NCBI GenBank assembly: GCA_000004985.1
Contig: GG738908.1
Source: Naegleria gruberi
Taxonomy: Eukaryota
Direction: 5' to 3' (one strand)
DNA: 64,000 bases
In this document: positions 31,550 through 44,144 of the stretch, piece after piece
How positions within the stretch are numbered: position 1 is the stretch's first letter
Layout: the number at the start of each line of letters is the position of its first letter
The notes under the pieces: model-generated
Databases searched by the model: none
The model's input: the letters and a program-made list of their open reading frames with translations, nothing else
What the model was told of the DNA's origin: nothing
Program-made: the position numbers and the translations under genes

Positions 31550-33214
31550 ATGTTTAAACAACAAATAGTGAAAAGAACATTATCAAGCAGACTGCTTTGT
31601 ACCCTCATTAAACAATCCAAATCATCATCATCTCTAGTTATTAATCCTTCCCTTTCATTCCGTAATTTTTCTCTCATCAACAATAAGAATACAACACAAA
31701 CAACAACATCAACATCAAACTCTAAAAACGAACCTCCACAAACAACATCAAACAACACTAACACTACTACTGGTGAGGATAAACAAGTCTTTCTATCACT
31801 TGATCCGGAAACTAGAACTCTCACACTTGCCAATGAAAGAAATTTAAAAGTAGCCTTGAAGGAAACTCAAGAAAAGGTTTCAAAGGTTACGCAAACTTTT
31901 AGAACATTATTGCAGAATGCTTGGATTTTCAAGGCTTTTTCTATAATTTGTGTGTTGGGATTGTTGGTTTTGGAGGAGTACTTTAAATTGTCTCGTGTTG
32001 AACAGGAGTTTACTACAACAATTTCTGCTGAGGAGAGGGACCATTTTGAGAGATCTATTGAGAGAAAGAAGGAAGAGGAAGAGTTGGAGCAATTTGCATT
32101 GCATAGTGTCAATCAATATAGTATGATTTATGGACAAAGGTTTGTTGTTAATTGTAATGATATTGATTGATTGATTTACTGTTTAATTTTGATATTATGT
32201 GATTTTGATTTTGGATTTTGATAATACTGATTGATCTATCAATTAATAATAATCAAATTTGATTTGGATTGAATTTCATGAAATTAAAGTGGAAGTGGAA
32301 AGACTGAACTTTGTAGAAGATTAATTTATAGAGCCAAAAGGCAAGGAATTCCTGTCTTTTATTCATCAGCATCAGAAAGACAATACGAAGCTAGATTGAA
32401 GACCGAATTGGGTTATTTCACATTTGTTACTCAATTCTTCCACTATGTTAAAAAAGCTTTGAGTGTCGATTCATCCAGTGATATTTTGAAAGATTTGGAA
32501 AGAGTTGGCAACGAAGTTAAGAAAAAGACAGGAAAGAGACCAATTATGATTATTGATAATGCTCATCAACTTGTTGCCAATCCAGACAGTGAACAATTTT
32601 TGAGGAATTTGCAAGAATTAGCTAAGAGAATGGCTGATCAAGAAGCTCTCAATGTTATCTTTGTGGTGACACTTGATGGTGCTAAAACTGTTCAAAGAGA
32701 ACTTTTAAAGAGAGAATTTTCTAGTAGAATGAGAGTTTATGGAGTTGGAGAAATGACTAAAGATGAAGCAATTAAATATTTGGATACAAAGTTTGGAGTT
32801 ACTGATCCAAAGCAAATTTCCGACATTTTCCAAGTTGCTGGTTGCGTTCCAAAGTACTTGAACTGTTACAATCAACTCTCACAAATCACATCATCAATTA
32901 CTGAGGCCTTTATCTCAGCAAAGGTCGATCCATTGTTCAATGGACCTTTTAGGGAAATTGCCAAAGCAATTCTAGAAAATGGTTCTGTTGATATTCATGA
33001 TTTTGAAGCCAAAACACCTGCCACAGAAGTTATTGATTATCAACATGTTGTCCTTCAATCAACACCACACCCAGTTCGTACCTTGTTAGAAGATAACATT
33101 ATCTTCACACGTAACGAACGAAAGGTTGTTTTCAAAAATTCAGGAATTGAAAACTATGTCAAAAACATTGTAAATGGGAACAGGAAAGAACTGTCCAATA
33201 CCAGCAACAAATAA
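31550..33214 (+). CDS. P-loop NTPase with a predicted N-terminal mitochondrial presequence and a single TM anchor: join(31550..32139, 32290..33214).
   Basis: aaaaaaaATG at 31550. 'MFKQQIVKRTLSSRLLCTLIKQSK' is basic and hydroxylated with no acidic residues. TM 'AWIFKAFSIICVLGLLVLEEYF'. Donor ag|GTTTGT at 32140 (phase 2) and acceptor ...attaaag| at 32289 create Walker A 'GQSGSGKT'. Walker B-like 'IMIIDNAH'. The family is not identified. The donor is non-consensus (GTTTGT), so the join is inferred. Confidence 0.45.
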
Positions 33215-33340
33215 CATTTTGCCTTAATGAACGAGCGAAGAACTTTCTAATTATTTTCCTATTCTCACACAAATCAGACAGATCAGTTGTGTAACATCAA
33301 TCACAAAAAACCAAAAAATCAAATAGAAAAAATATCAACA

Positions 33341-33913
33341 ATGACAGAATCTGAATTTTACAGCTTTGTTGTGCCAGATGCTCAAGGCAATGACGTTAAA
33401 CTCTCCGACTACAAGGGAAAGGTAGTGATGGTTGTGAATGTTGCCAGCAGTTGTGGTAAAACACCTCAATATGCAGGATTGCAAAAGTTATATGAAAAGT
33501 ACAAGGATCAAGGATTGGAAATTTTGGCATTCCCTTGCAATCAATTTGCTTTCCAAGTAAGTTGTCATCCCGATCATCAATTTAATTACTTTAATGATAA
33601 TTATTATTCCGATCAATTTAATATAATAATTAATTAATAGGAAAGAGGATCTAATGAAGAAATTTGTACATTCACAAGAGACAAGTACAAGGTGACTTTC
33701 AAAATGTTTGCCAAAACAACTGTCAATGGAGGTGATACTATTCCTCTCTACCAGTACTTGAAGAAGGAAGGAGAAGGTTCTCTCTTCAATGCCATCAAGT
33801 GGAATTTTACTAAATTCTTGGTTTCTAAAAGTGGAAAGGTCTTACAAAGATATTCTCCAAATACTGAACCTGAAGATATGGAAGAAGATATCAAGAAATT
33901 ACTTGCTGAATAA
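33341..33913 (+). CDS. GPX: Glutathione peroxidase (Cys-type, not a selenoprotein): join(33341..33557, 33641..33913).
   Basis: '[14 protein letters not shown]' (peroxidatic Cys encoded by TGT, not TGA), '[10 protein letters not shown]' spanning the intron, '[14 protein letters not shown]'. Donor ccaag|GTAAGT at 33558 and acceptor ...aattaatag| at 33640. Confidence 0.85.
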
Positions 33914-33921
33914 TTTATAAA

Positions 33922-35262
33922 TTATTTCTTTTTCAATCTTTCAATTTCACGTTTCAACTCTTCATTCTCTTTTAAGAGTTGCTGTGTTTGCATGCTAATT
34001 CTAATTTCTTCATCGATTAATTGTCTCAACTTTTGAGGATGAAGCATTTTAGGATTTTGTTCTGTATTATTTCCTCTATTTTCCAATAATTGAGATTTGA
34101 TAATGCCAAAAAGCTGATTTCTCAATCGCCCTACATCACTATTAGTGTGGCCAAGGTGTCTTCTCAGTTTAGCTTCTATTATTTCACTCAACTTTTCAGG
34201 TGTGATCATTTCAATAAACTCAACCTTGGATAATTTCTCCACTGCCTTGCTCCAATCATTTCTACAATAATTTACAAAGATTGCCCAATCTTCTGATTCA
34301 CGTTTGTATCTAATTTTGGTAGAGTTAGTGGTTCTCTTCTTGTCATGTTGTTCAATCATATCTTTGAGCATTTTAGTTGCAGCTTCTCCCTTCCTTTTCC
34401 ATACTTGCAAATTCTCAATGGTTGTGCTTGTTGTGAATCGGTATGTTATTGTATTGTTCTTGCCAGATCGTGCTTCAGTTGTGAAATAGTTGAGGAAAAT
34501 ATCACAAATGCAATCTGAATTGAAAGCGATCATTTCCTTATACAGTTTAGCTTGATCAAAAACGAGTTTCTCTTTCTTTTTGGTGGAATATGATTGTCCC
34601 TCTTCAGATTTAACATCACTCTTATAATCTTCAATTTCATTGACATATCTTATTGGAAGAACAGCAACATCTTCACCAAATTCAATCATTACACAAAGAC
34701 TAGGATCATCCAAAGTGTCAATCCAATAACTCAAAGCCAAATCAACCTGATAGAGGTAACCATTCAAACTGGCAGTAGCATCTCTCTTATCAAAGAAGAA
34801 TTCCTTTCCAATTTCATAGAGAATTGGCTTATCTTCCACCTTTGAAAAGGAACCAACAATTTCATTGAACTTTTTCGAATAGGTTTGCCAATCACCAGTT
34901 ACCTGTGCCTTGAACTCGAATTCTACTTGTTTAGCAACCTTCTTTCCAAATGTAAAGACATTCGAAATCCTTCCAATAGTATTCTCTTTCTTTTGGTTTG
35001 CCGATTTGGTCGTCATCAACTGATCATAGACAAAACTTGGAAAACTCTTTTGATCAACTGTTTCCTGTCCAGCATCATCATTAATCTTGGCCACCAAAAC
35101 CATTTGCAACTCATTCTTTGTCTTGTCATAATTGTACTTGGTCAAACATTCCAATTCTACTTTAACAGTTCCGACTCGTGCAAAATTAAATTCCAAAAAT
35201 CTATTTCGTGATGTCGTTTCTGTGCTGAATATTAATTTTACATCGGATGATTTGCCAGCCAC
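33922..35262 (-). CDS. Hypothetical protein (446 aa) with a C-terminal coiled coil.
   Basis: Long uninterrupted ORF. The C-terminus 'QLLKENEELKREIERLKKK' is a coiled coil. No family recognised. Confidence 0.4.
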   Translation of the reverse strand: MAGKSSDVKLIFSTETTSRNRFLEFNFARVGTVKVELECLTKYNYDKTKNELQMVLVAKINDDAGQETVDQKSFPSFVYDQLMTTKSANQKKENTIGRISNVFTFGKKVAKQVEFEFKAQVTGDWQTYSKKFNEIVGSFSKVEDKPILYEIGKEFFFDKRDATASLNGYLYQVDLALSYWIDTLDDPSLCVMIEFGEDVAVLPIRYVNEIEDYKSDVKSEEGQSYSTKKKEKLVFDQAKLYKEMIAFNSDCICDIFLNYFTTEARSGKNNTITYRFTTSTTIENLQVWKRKGEAATKMLKDMIEQHDKKRTTNSTKIRYKRESEDWAIFVNYCRNDWSKAVEKLSKVEFIEMITPEKLSEIIEAKLRRHLGHTNSDVGRLRNQLFGIIKSQLLENRGNNTEQNPKMLHPQKLRQLIDEEIRISMQTQQLLKENEELKREIERLKKK

Positions 35263-35600
35263 ATAGTAGGTGCAGGTGAAGTGAGCAGAGACATTTTTTT
35301 GTGTTTTGTTGCTGTGAATTCACGTTCTGCAAGTTGTTACTTTTTTACCTTTTTAAATCTTTGTGTGAACAAGAATTCTTGTCTGATACAAATCCAGTTT
35401 CACTTGGGTTTGTTGTGCAGTAAAATTTTACATGAGGGAACATTTCTTCTTGTTTGGATCTTTGGAATTGAGGAGGACTGGAAGGAATTTTTGTAAATTA
35501 ATGAGTTTGATCTTGTTAAGGGTTTGTATGGTGAGTTCTCTGACTTGTTCTCTTTCGTATAGGTTACATTCCATTATGGTGGGATCTGTAATGCTAAATT

Positions 35601-36542
35601 TCAAAAGATATTCACGTAAACGTTTTGTAAAATATGTCTTGAACTTTTCGAATAGTTCTGGTCCTTTCCTCCATAGTGAATTCCAAACGAAATAATATAT
35701 CTATCCATTGTAATTCTAGAAAGTTTGAACAATTTTTCAAATCCTCCAAAACCATTATTTACCAGTGAATCAAAATCTTGCTCGGCACTATAAACTACCA
35801 CTGTGAAAATCATTGCATGATTAGTCTTGAGATACTGCTCAATCATTGCTGTGAAATCCTCAGAAAAAACAGCCGAAAATATACTGAAATATTGTCCATT
35901 CAATCTAGTTCTATACACATCAGGACACGAAGGATCATATCCCTCAACAAAGTATCCTCCACACAATTGAGAACAAAATCCCTCTGCGTAGACATATCCC
36001 TCATTACTTGCACTAATCAATCGTGGAATGAATCCTTCCTTCTTATCATCATCACTTGGCAAATACAATTCATCATTCAAATATTCCCTCGGAAGCAAGT
36101 TTGTATGTTTTTCATAGAATTTGATATGAAAATAGGCTCGCATCAGTTTTCTCTTTCCTACAAATTCTTTTTGAAAACTTTCCATTCTAAATAGACTAAC
36201 ATGACATGAATCGGCATCATCTCTTGTTGTATAACTATTATTATTATTGCTATTGTTATTTAAATTATTATTTAATTGATGATCCTGATGACGAATTAAT
36301 TGTGTTTTGTATTCTCGTTCAAAGAGTTTGATCCAAAATTCATCACAATTTTCGAAAATTCCATAGATGTATTTGCAGGATAATAAAAGGCTAGCTAGAT
36401 CGCCTCCATTTCCATTCTGTTTGTTGTGGTTGTGGCTATCGGAATGTTGTTGTATAGTAAAATATGTTGTTAGGAAGGATCCGATAACATCAGTAAATAA
36501 TTCGCTTCCGACTTTTTCGTACCATTTTGATGAAGATGACAT
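35601..36542 (-). CDS. Hypothetical protein. The probable start is the ATG for 'MSSSSKWYEK' near 36542; the upstream ORF-track extension is spurious.
   Basis: ORF 35601..36713 contains the internal Met 'MSSSSKWYEKVG' preceded by an A-rich context on the minus strand. It is divergent from the plus-strand gene starting about 36658 and shares a promoter region of under 150 bp with it. Confidence 0.35.
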   Translation of the reverse strand: MSSSSKWYEKVGSELFTDVIGSFLTTYFTIQQHSDSHNHNKQNGNGGDLASLLLSCKYIYGIFENCDEFWIKLFEREYKTQLIRHQDHQLNNNLNNNSNNNNSYTTRDDADSCHVSLFRMESFQKEFVGKRKLMRAYFHIKFYEKHTNLLPREYLNDELYLPSDDDKKEGFIPRLISASNEGYVYAEGFCSQLCGGYFVEGYDPSCPDVYRTRLNGQYFSIFSAVFSEDFTAMIEQYLKTNHAMIFTVVVYSAEQDFDSLVNNGFGGFEKLFKLSRITMDRYIISFGIHYGGKDQNYSKSSRHILQNVYVNIF

Positions 36543-36657
36543 TTTTTCAAATGAATTTTTTTTATTAATTTTTGAAAATATTGATAACGGTAACTTTCCA
36601 AAAATGAAACTCAATATTCGCGCCACTTTGCACCAGTTTAAAAATTTCAAAAAAAAA

Positions 36658-39600
36658 ATGACAAAACGAAAGGCCAAATCTACTCGGTCACCTTCACCTA
36701 TCTTTGATATCAACGTTCTTCAAAATATGCTCAAAGCTCGGAATGACATATTCACTCTAGATGATTATGGTGATGATTTTTCCAATAGTGATGACTACAA
36801 TTCCGATAGTGATGATTGGATGGATGAAGGTTTATCATATGATGGACCAACGGATCCAGTGCTCAGGCCTTGCGATTTAGTTGCTGAGAAATTATTACCT
36901 GCCGAGAAGAATATTAAGAAACGAATGAGTGATGTGTTAGAATTGTCTGGATTTGATGGAGAGTTTTGGAGTGGAGGAAAATTGCATTCAGATTATATGA
37001 TGCCTTCTATTGAGATGTTGGATGAGGAGAGTGGTACATATAGGCTATTACCACTTCCGATTGTGTATGAGGAACAAGTGAATGATTTGATTAGGAGTTC
37101 AATGAATGCAGGAGAGAAGAATTTGTGGAAGTTGATTGAACCAAAAAAGTTTAGAATAACAAATCCTAAATGGGATGTGTTGATGCAAGAGTTGTTGAAT
37201 AGAATTAAACCAGAATTAGGTATTCTAAAAGAGAAAAAGATTGATATATCACTATATAGAATGGTGTTATACGAGAAGGAAAGCCATTTTGATTTCCAGG
37301 CAGATATTGAGCCTAATGCGATTGGATCAATAGTAATTCAACTGCCTAGCTTGTATGCTGGAGGTGATTTTGTAATGGTTAATGGTAACACAGAGAAGAA
37401 ATTTGAATTCCAAAAGGAAGCCACCTATTCACCCTATTATATGACTTGTTATTCTAATAATTTCACACAAAAATCAGATATAATTACCTCAGGACACGTT
37501 TTGTCTTTGGTTTACAGTTTGAAATATTCTGGAACTGAAAAAATTGCGCCATATACTAGTACTCAACAATTAAAGGATATGCAACAAGTGATTGAAACAT
37601 GGATTAAGGCTCCTATGTACTCAAAGCTTTGTTACATCCTTGAGAATGAATACGACAATAACTCATTTACTTCTTCCTCATTGAAAGGGAATGATGCGAT
37701 TGCTTTTAAACAATTTTCCAAACTTGACCATACTGTGGTACATTTGGGATTCTTGGAAAAACGTGAATTTTCTGAATTCAATAGTGATATAAGCGCAATA
37801 ACTGAAATGACATACAGCTTTCAAAATAATGTAGGCGAAACTCTGGTTTCAATAGTTGAAGAAGAAGTGTTCCCAGAAAATAGAAGAAAACAAATGCCAG
37901 TAGCCACTCAGAAGGTAAGTATCTGACATGAATTTAAAATTTATATCTAAAATACAAAAAGAAAAGAGAAGATTTTGATGTGGGTGGACTTGAAATTGAA
38001 AGACGATACAAGAGTGCATGCATTCTTGTTTATCCAAAGAAATTAAAGTCGCTTTGCAAACCCAAGAAGGATTTTTTGAATAAGTTGTTAGAGGATTATA
38101 AGGATAAGAAAACAGATAAGAGGAAACATTTATTGATGGCCTATACTTCGTCCCTTGTTGGTTGTGCTGAGGATAAACGTGGAAAGACAACAAACGGATT
38201 GGATATTCCAAAGGTTTTGGAGGCTTGCCTTTTAGTGAACTATCTTCCATTGAGTTTGAAATTTGTGGAAAAAATGTGGCTTGCAGATGGTTTTACTGAA
38301 GAATCTACTACATCGGCCACCAAATTAATTAAGCAACACGGAGCTGGAAATTTCAAGCCATTATTCATCCATTACTTGGATCAAATGTCATGTAAGTCAT
38401 GTTTTCATACATTTATAGTTTATTGAACTATTATCATTTGAATAGTTGAAAGTTATACTTTTTCGAATCGAGTATTCTCAATAGGAACTATGATTTTAGA
38501 GTTGAACGAAGAATCTTGGTTAGATCTTTTTATACCAAAAGTGCTATCTATTTCCCTTCGATTAGAACTTTTGGAACCAAAATCGGTTTTGCTCATTCTT
38601 AGTTTTAAAGAGAAATATCCAGCATGTTCTGCAAAAATTGATCAATTCATCGATCTGTACACAAAATCAGAAATGCGAAACACAGCATTTTCATCGGACG
38701 AATCAAAAATCAATGCACAAGTTATTATCAAATTGAATTTACCAAGTTTATGTGGAGTACTTTGTGCAAGACTGGTTCATTCGAAACAAGAAATTAACTT
38801 GAATGTATTACAAGAAATTGTGGCAGTGACGAAACATTTTGGAATTCAAGTATTGGAAGAATGCTTAAATGCCATTGTAGAAGATATGTTGGTATACCCT
38901 TTACGACAAAGGATTGAAGCATATACTCGACTGGCTGGTGGTGAAAGTGATGAGGCTAAACATTTTGCAAGCAAAATACTCTCAAGTATTATTCGAAAAT
39001 TTGACAACACATCAGAAGATCCATCTGAAGAATGTGCCCAATTACTAACATTTTGTAGAAAGAATGACAAGATTACAGAGGAAATGAGTATTGCAAAAGT
39101 GCTAGTTGAAAAGATTACCAAAGCAAAACATGGTCATTCTCTAGTACAAAAATTAATCAAGGAAAATGGAACTGAATGTTTTTGGACTGGATCAGGATTG
39201 AGATTAGTTTTGGAACATTGCTACAAACTTTTATACACTGCAGCTTCAAATGTAAATATACCAATTGACTTTGACCTTGGAGTTGACTCTACGAGTGAAT
39301 GGGTTTTCAAACATGTTAAAATCAAGTGCAAATGTAATCATTGTAAAAGTGTAAAGAAATTCCTTAAATCCAATGAAATGGAATTTTCTTTCAAGGAGAA
39401 GAAGGATGCCAGAACACATGTGGAAACCATTCTAAATGGCATTGAGGACATTAAGAGAGAAACAATCAAACATGGCTCACCTCAAACTCTCAAACTAACC
39501 AAGATTCGTACAACTCTCGAAGCCAAGAAGGCAATTGTGACCTCAGCCGAAACTGTTCTCAAACAATACATTGAGTATGCCACCAAATCAGATCAGAAAC

Positions 39601-39674
39601 CACATGCAAGACCAGCCTCTGAATCTGTATCATCCTCAACTACTGATCCACCAACCAAGAAAGTCAAACAATAA
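36658..39674 (+). CDS. Large hypothetical protein (about 975 aa), 3 exons: join(36658..37914, 37962..38391, 38446..39674).
   Basis: aaaaaaaaATG ('MTKRKAKSTRSP'). Donor aag|GTAAGT at 37915 and acceptor ...caaaaag| at 37961 (phase 0). Donor t|GTAAGT at 38392 and acceptor ...ttgaatag| at 38445 (phase 1). These joins link ORFs 36367.., 37980.. and 38490.. in frame. No domain recognised. A Cys/His-containing stretch is 'KCKCNHCKSVKKF'. Confidence 0.45.
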
Positions 39675-39821
39675 CACACTCATAAGTATTTATCCAACTA
39701 TCTAAATCTTTCATACGTGATTTTAGAGGGTTACCCTTCGGAGTCTCACACAAGCAATGATAACACTTCCAATTAAGTGTGCCACTATTGGTTAAACAAA
39801 ACTCTTTAAAAGTGAAAAAAA

Positions 39822-42800
39822 ATGGAGAAAGTACCACTCCAGCAAATATCAAAAAGAAAAGGTACGACCTTCAGATTCTTCCATGAAGCTAGTTGCAACG
39901 AGATAAATCAGCACAGAGCAGTGCTGTCATCATCATTGACAACAAGGAGTGGTTTGATCACACTGATGATTGTTGTTATAATAATGATGCTGGTTGTTGT
40001 GGAACATTCGGAAGCATCTCCCACAACAATAGCAGTTGCTGGTAGTGTGGGTAATACAGACGAGGCTTGGAATTTTCCACTGTATGGTACGGGTATATTT
40101 GTGGTGCCAAACAGTGATCCTTCATTGTTGCCAACTTTTTATGTTTCTGATGGAAATTTGTGTGTTGTGAGACAGATCATTGGAAATCAAAGTCGAGTGG
40201 TGGCAGGAACAGGTGAATGTTTACCAAACGGTGCTGATTCAGTTCCTGGAACAGAATCTACCTTGTATGGACCTACGAATATGTATTATGATGCTACTAC
40301 AGATTTTCTCTACATTTTGGATTCGTCATCTATTAGATTATTGGACATGAAGAGTGGAATAATTTCTAAAATGCTCATTACATTCAGTGGAACTAATTTA
40401 AACTCATTTTCTCAACCAAGTGGTATTACCATGTTCAATAAGGATATTTATGTGGCAGATACAGGAAAAGCTGTTGTGTGGAAAGTGCAAATTACCTATA
40501 GAAATGTTGGTACAGCAACAATTAGTGTTGGAAGTTTGAATAATATGAATAACAATAATTATTGTGATAATGTTTATGCCACCACGTGTAAACTTATCAA
40601 ACCTACAAGTATCTCTTTCTTCCCAGATGGAACCAAGGCAATTGCAGATGGAAGAAGAGTTATTATTGTTACTCCAACCAATTCGGCATATGAAGCTCCT
40701 GTATCCATGTCTATGAACAATCCAGTACATGTTGTCGCCTATGATGCATCCAACTTGTTGATTTCAGATCTAGGACTAGCACGTTTTATACAATTTAACA
40801 AGGATCAAGCACAACCAAATACTAATGTGGTATTGTCATCTTCTTGGGCAAGAAATACTTATTTTGGACTTGTGAAACAAGCAGACAATTCTAAAAATGT
40901 ATACTTCCTCACAGGTCAAGATTACACAACAAAGAGAAGTCAAATTGTTTCGTTTAACTTTATTGATAGCGATTTACCAAGTACTTCTACAACACCATTA
41001 TATGGCATGTATGACTCTGGATTCCAGTTTGATAATCCACATAATGCATTGAGTGTTTACATGCCTAGTCCACAACAAATGAGACTAACTTCAAGTAATC
41101 AATTGTATTTCCCAATTTTTAATTCTGCTGTTGTAAAGGTAGATTTGAATTCTGGATTAGTGACAAGAATTGCTGGAAGTATTACACAATTTGGATATAA
41201 TCAAGACAGTATCCCTGCAACCATAGCTCTGATGACTAGACCAAATACTGTTTTACAATTGGATTCCGGAGATTTAATCATTTCAGATACAGGTAATAAC
41301 AGAATTAGAAAAATTGATTCAAATGGAATTATAACTACAATAGTTGGTACAGGAACGCAAGGAAATAGTGGAGATTATGGGCCTGCAAGTCAATGCCAAT
41401 TAAATGGTCCACAAGGACTGGCAACACCTCCAACAAGCATGAAAGGTCAATTTTTGTTTGATTTTGCTGACACTAATAATAACAGAATTAGAAGAATACA
41501 AAATGACTTGACAGTTATACCCCTATTAAGCAATAATCCTAATAATGATGGAATTAACGGACCAAATGGAATAATGTACACGCCAAATGGTGATCTTTAT
41601 ATCGCCAGTCAAGGAAATCACAAAATAATGAAATACAGTAATTCACAATTGAGTACTGTTGCTGGAAATGGTTATGCAGGTTATTCAGGAGATGGAGGAC
41701 CAGCCAGAAATGCCAAGTTGAACTATCCTGCAGATGTTACAGTTTCCTCCACAGGTGAAGTTTATATTGCAGGTATGTTTTGAAGAAATTTAATGTAATT
41801 TTTAAACGATTCATCTACTAGATTGGGGAAATAGAGCTGTAAGAAAAGTTTTCAGAAATGGAACAATTATTACTCTTATTGTTAGTGGCGGACTTTCGGA
41901 CTTGAATGGTGTTACATTGACACCGAATGGAGATTTGTTGTATTCAACACAATTATGGGTCAAGCTGTATATGGAGGGAGATTCAGGAAGTTGTATTGAT
42001 AAGAATACATGCAATAATCATGGCAGTTGTGTGAATGGAAAGTGTGTTTGTGATAGTGGATGGAGAGGAAATTTGAATTGTGGAACATTTTCATGTGACA
42101 TTACACCACCACCTCATTCTTCACAATGTATTGGTCCAAATCAATTTTCTTGTCAAGATGGGTGGACAGGATTAAATTGCCAGGAACCAGTTTGCTTTGG
42201 AACTCCAGCAAACACCACAACAGTATGCAGTTCACACGGTAAATGTATTTCCAATAATACATGTAATTGTGTGAGTGGATGGAGAGGCAATTCAGATTGC
42301 AGTGCATTTTCATGTGATGTAAAATCTGAACATGGAGAGTATTGTATTGGACCTAATACCTACAAATGTCAAGATGGCTGGATTGGTGATTTATGTGACA
42401 TTCCACTTTGTAATGGAATTCCAGCAAATAATCCAGCAGTTTGCAATTCACACGGACAGTGCATTTCCAATAATACATGTAATTGCTTTAGTGGATGGAG
42501 AGGAAATAGTATTTGCACTCAATTTACATGTGATGGTGTCAATAATTGTCAACCTCATGGTCAATGCATTTCTAATAATACTTGTAAATGTAGTACTGGT
42601 TATGGTGGAAATGGATGTAACGATAGAATGTGCTTTGGTAAATGGGGTCAAGCAGGTTGCAGCAATAATGGATATTGTTCAAATACTGACAAGTGCAGTT
42701 GTTTCCCTCTCTATTTTGGACAACAATGTCAGTGGCTTGATTGTAATCCCTCTTCAAATGATCAATCCATTAATTCTACTAAGGGCTGTTCTTCAAATGG

Positions 42801-44082
42801 AAACTGTACTGTTATTGACAATGATCAAACCAGACAAAACTCAACAATTTGTAAATGTAACGAAGGATTTGATGGGCTGTATTGTCAAGAAAAGAAGTCA
42901 TCAGGAAATGGTGGAACTGTTGCAGCTGTTGTCATTGTTGTGTTGCTTTTCATTTGTTGTTTGATTGCTTTCATAGCAGTTGGTGGTTTTGTTTATTACA
43001 AGAAACGAGCAAGTTCCAAATCAGAGGAATTTGAGAATTTGATTCCAAAATCTGTTAACGACGATTGGACTTTGAGAACTGTTATTCCTCCAGAGGAGGC
43101 AACTGTGAAAAGTACAGCCTCTTCTGTTAAATCTGAAAATAGCTTTATACGGTCAATTAGAAAGCAACTGGGTAGTTCAAGTACAACATCTTCTGTATCA
43201 ACCATTAACACAAGAGATCATTTCCATATTAGAGATAAAGAATATGTGAAATCAAAGAAATTGGGATCAGGTGCAAGTGGAACAGTTTTCATGTTTGATG
43301 AGTTGACCAATAAGGAACAAGTTGCTGTGAAAATTATTGAAGTTTTAAATCCAAATGGAAGCGAATTTAAGGAAGTTGTGAACATGTTTGAATTGAGTGA
43401 AGAAGCAAATCCTCACATTGTTCCAATTCTAGGATGTACAATGGTTGAAAATGGAGGATATATTTGTATCTTGATGCCATTATACAAATGTGATTTGAGA
43501 AATTGGATGTATTCCAATAAGGAGACGGTTCCAATCGAAATAATTGTCGAAATTGTGAAACAAATTGCATCAGCACTTCAATATCTCCATTCTAAGAACA
43601 TGGTACACAGAGATTTGAAACAAAGTAATATATTTGTTTCAAAATCACCTGATCTTTCAAAGAATAATGTGAATGTTTCATCTTTCCAACTTTGTGTTGG
43701 AGATTGGGGATCTTCAAGATATCAAACAAGATCTTCTTTAACTGCTTATGAAGGAACAATTCAATACAGTTCACCAGAGTCAATTGTAAAAGCAGAATTT
43801 TCACCAAAAAGTGATGTTTGGAGTCTTGGATGTATTTTATATCAATTATTATCAGCAGATTACAATACTTGTTTGATGAGAGTGAAACAAACCTCAATGA
43901 ATGACCAATCAGATGTTCAAATCATAGGAAATGTTGAAAAATTCTTTTCAAAACGTTCAGATCATTCACACAAACTTTACAAAATCATTTGTGATTTAAT
44001 GTTGGAAATGTTGAGATTTAATCCAGAGGAGAGAATTTCCACAGATGAAATTGTCCAAAAACTCTCAATGAACAATGTTTAA
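39822..44082 (+). CDS. Receptor-type protein kinase with NHL-repeat beta-propeller ectodomain, about 8 tenascin-type EGF repeats, a TM helix and a cytoplasmic kinase: join(39822..41772, 41822..44082).
   Basis: aaaaaaaATG at 39822 with N-terminal signal anchor 'GLITLMIVVIIMMLVVV'. NHL repeats 'LIISDTGNNRIRKID', 'FDFADTNNNRIRRIQ', 'LYIASQGNHKIMKY'. Donor g|GTATGT at 41773 and acceptor ...ctactag| at 41821 give '...VYIAG'+'DWGNRAVRKVF'. EGF repeats 'CNNHGSCVNGKCVCDSGWRGNLNCGTFSC'. TM 'TVAAVVIVVLLFICCLIAFIAVGGFVYY'. Kinase 'GSGASGTVFM', 'VAVKII', 'HRDLKQSNIFV', 'GDWGSS'. Confidence 0.7.
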
Positions 44083-44144
44083 TAATATTATTTAATAATA
44101 AATTAAATATTTACGAATATTTATAAAATTTTGATAAGAAAAAA

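Noticed and set aside
33341-33913. Possible selenocysteine (TGA-encoded) glutathione peroxidase
   Set aside because: The peroxidatic residue in 'VASSCGKT' is encoded by TGT (Cys). No in-frame TGA is present, so this is a Cys-GPx.
36367-36657. N-terminal extension 'MYLQDNKRLARSPPFPFCLLWLWLSECCC...' of ORF 36367..37926
   Set aside because: This part is antisense to the 5' end of the divergent minus-strand gene (start about 36542), has no A-rich ATG context, and begins at a non-ATG codon in the ORF track. The real start is the aaaaaaaaATG at 36658 ('MTKRKAKS').
42332-42964. Long alternative-frame and antisense ORFs inside the EGF-repeat region (42332..42964 on the plus strand, 42448..42651 and 42572..42757 on the minus strand) and inside the CAP-EGF gene (17044..17415 on the minus strand, 17172..17381 on the plus strand)
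   Set aside because: Cys/Gly-codon-rich EGF repeats generate long stop-free alternative frames. These frames lack domain sense and overlap well-supported genes.
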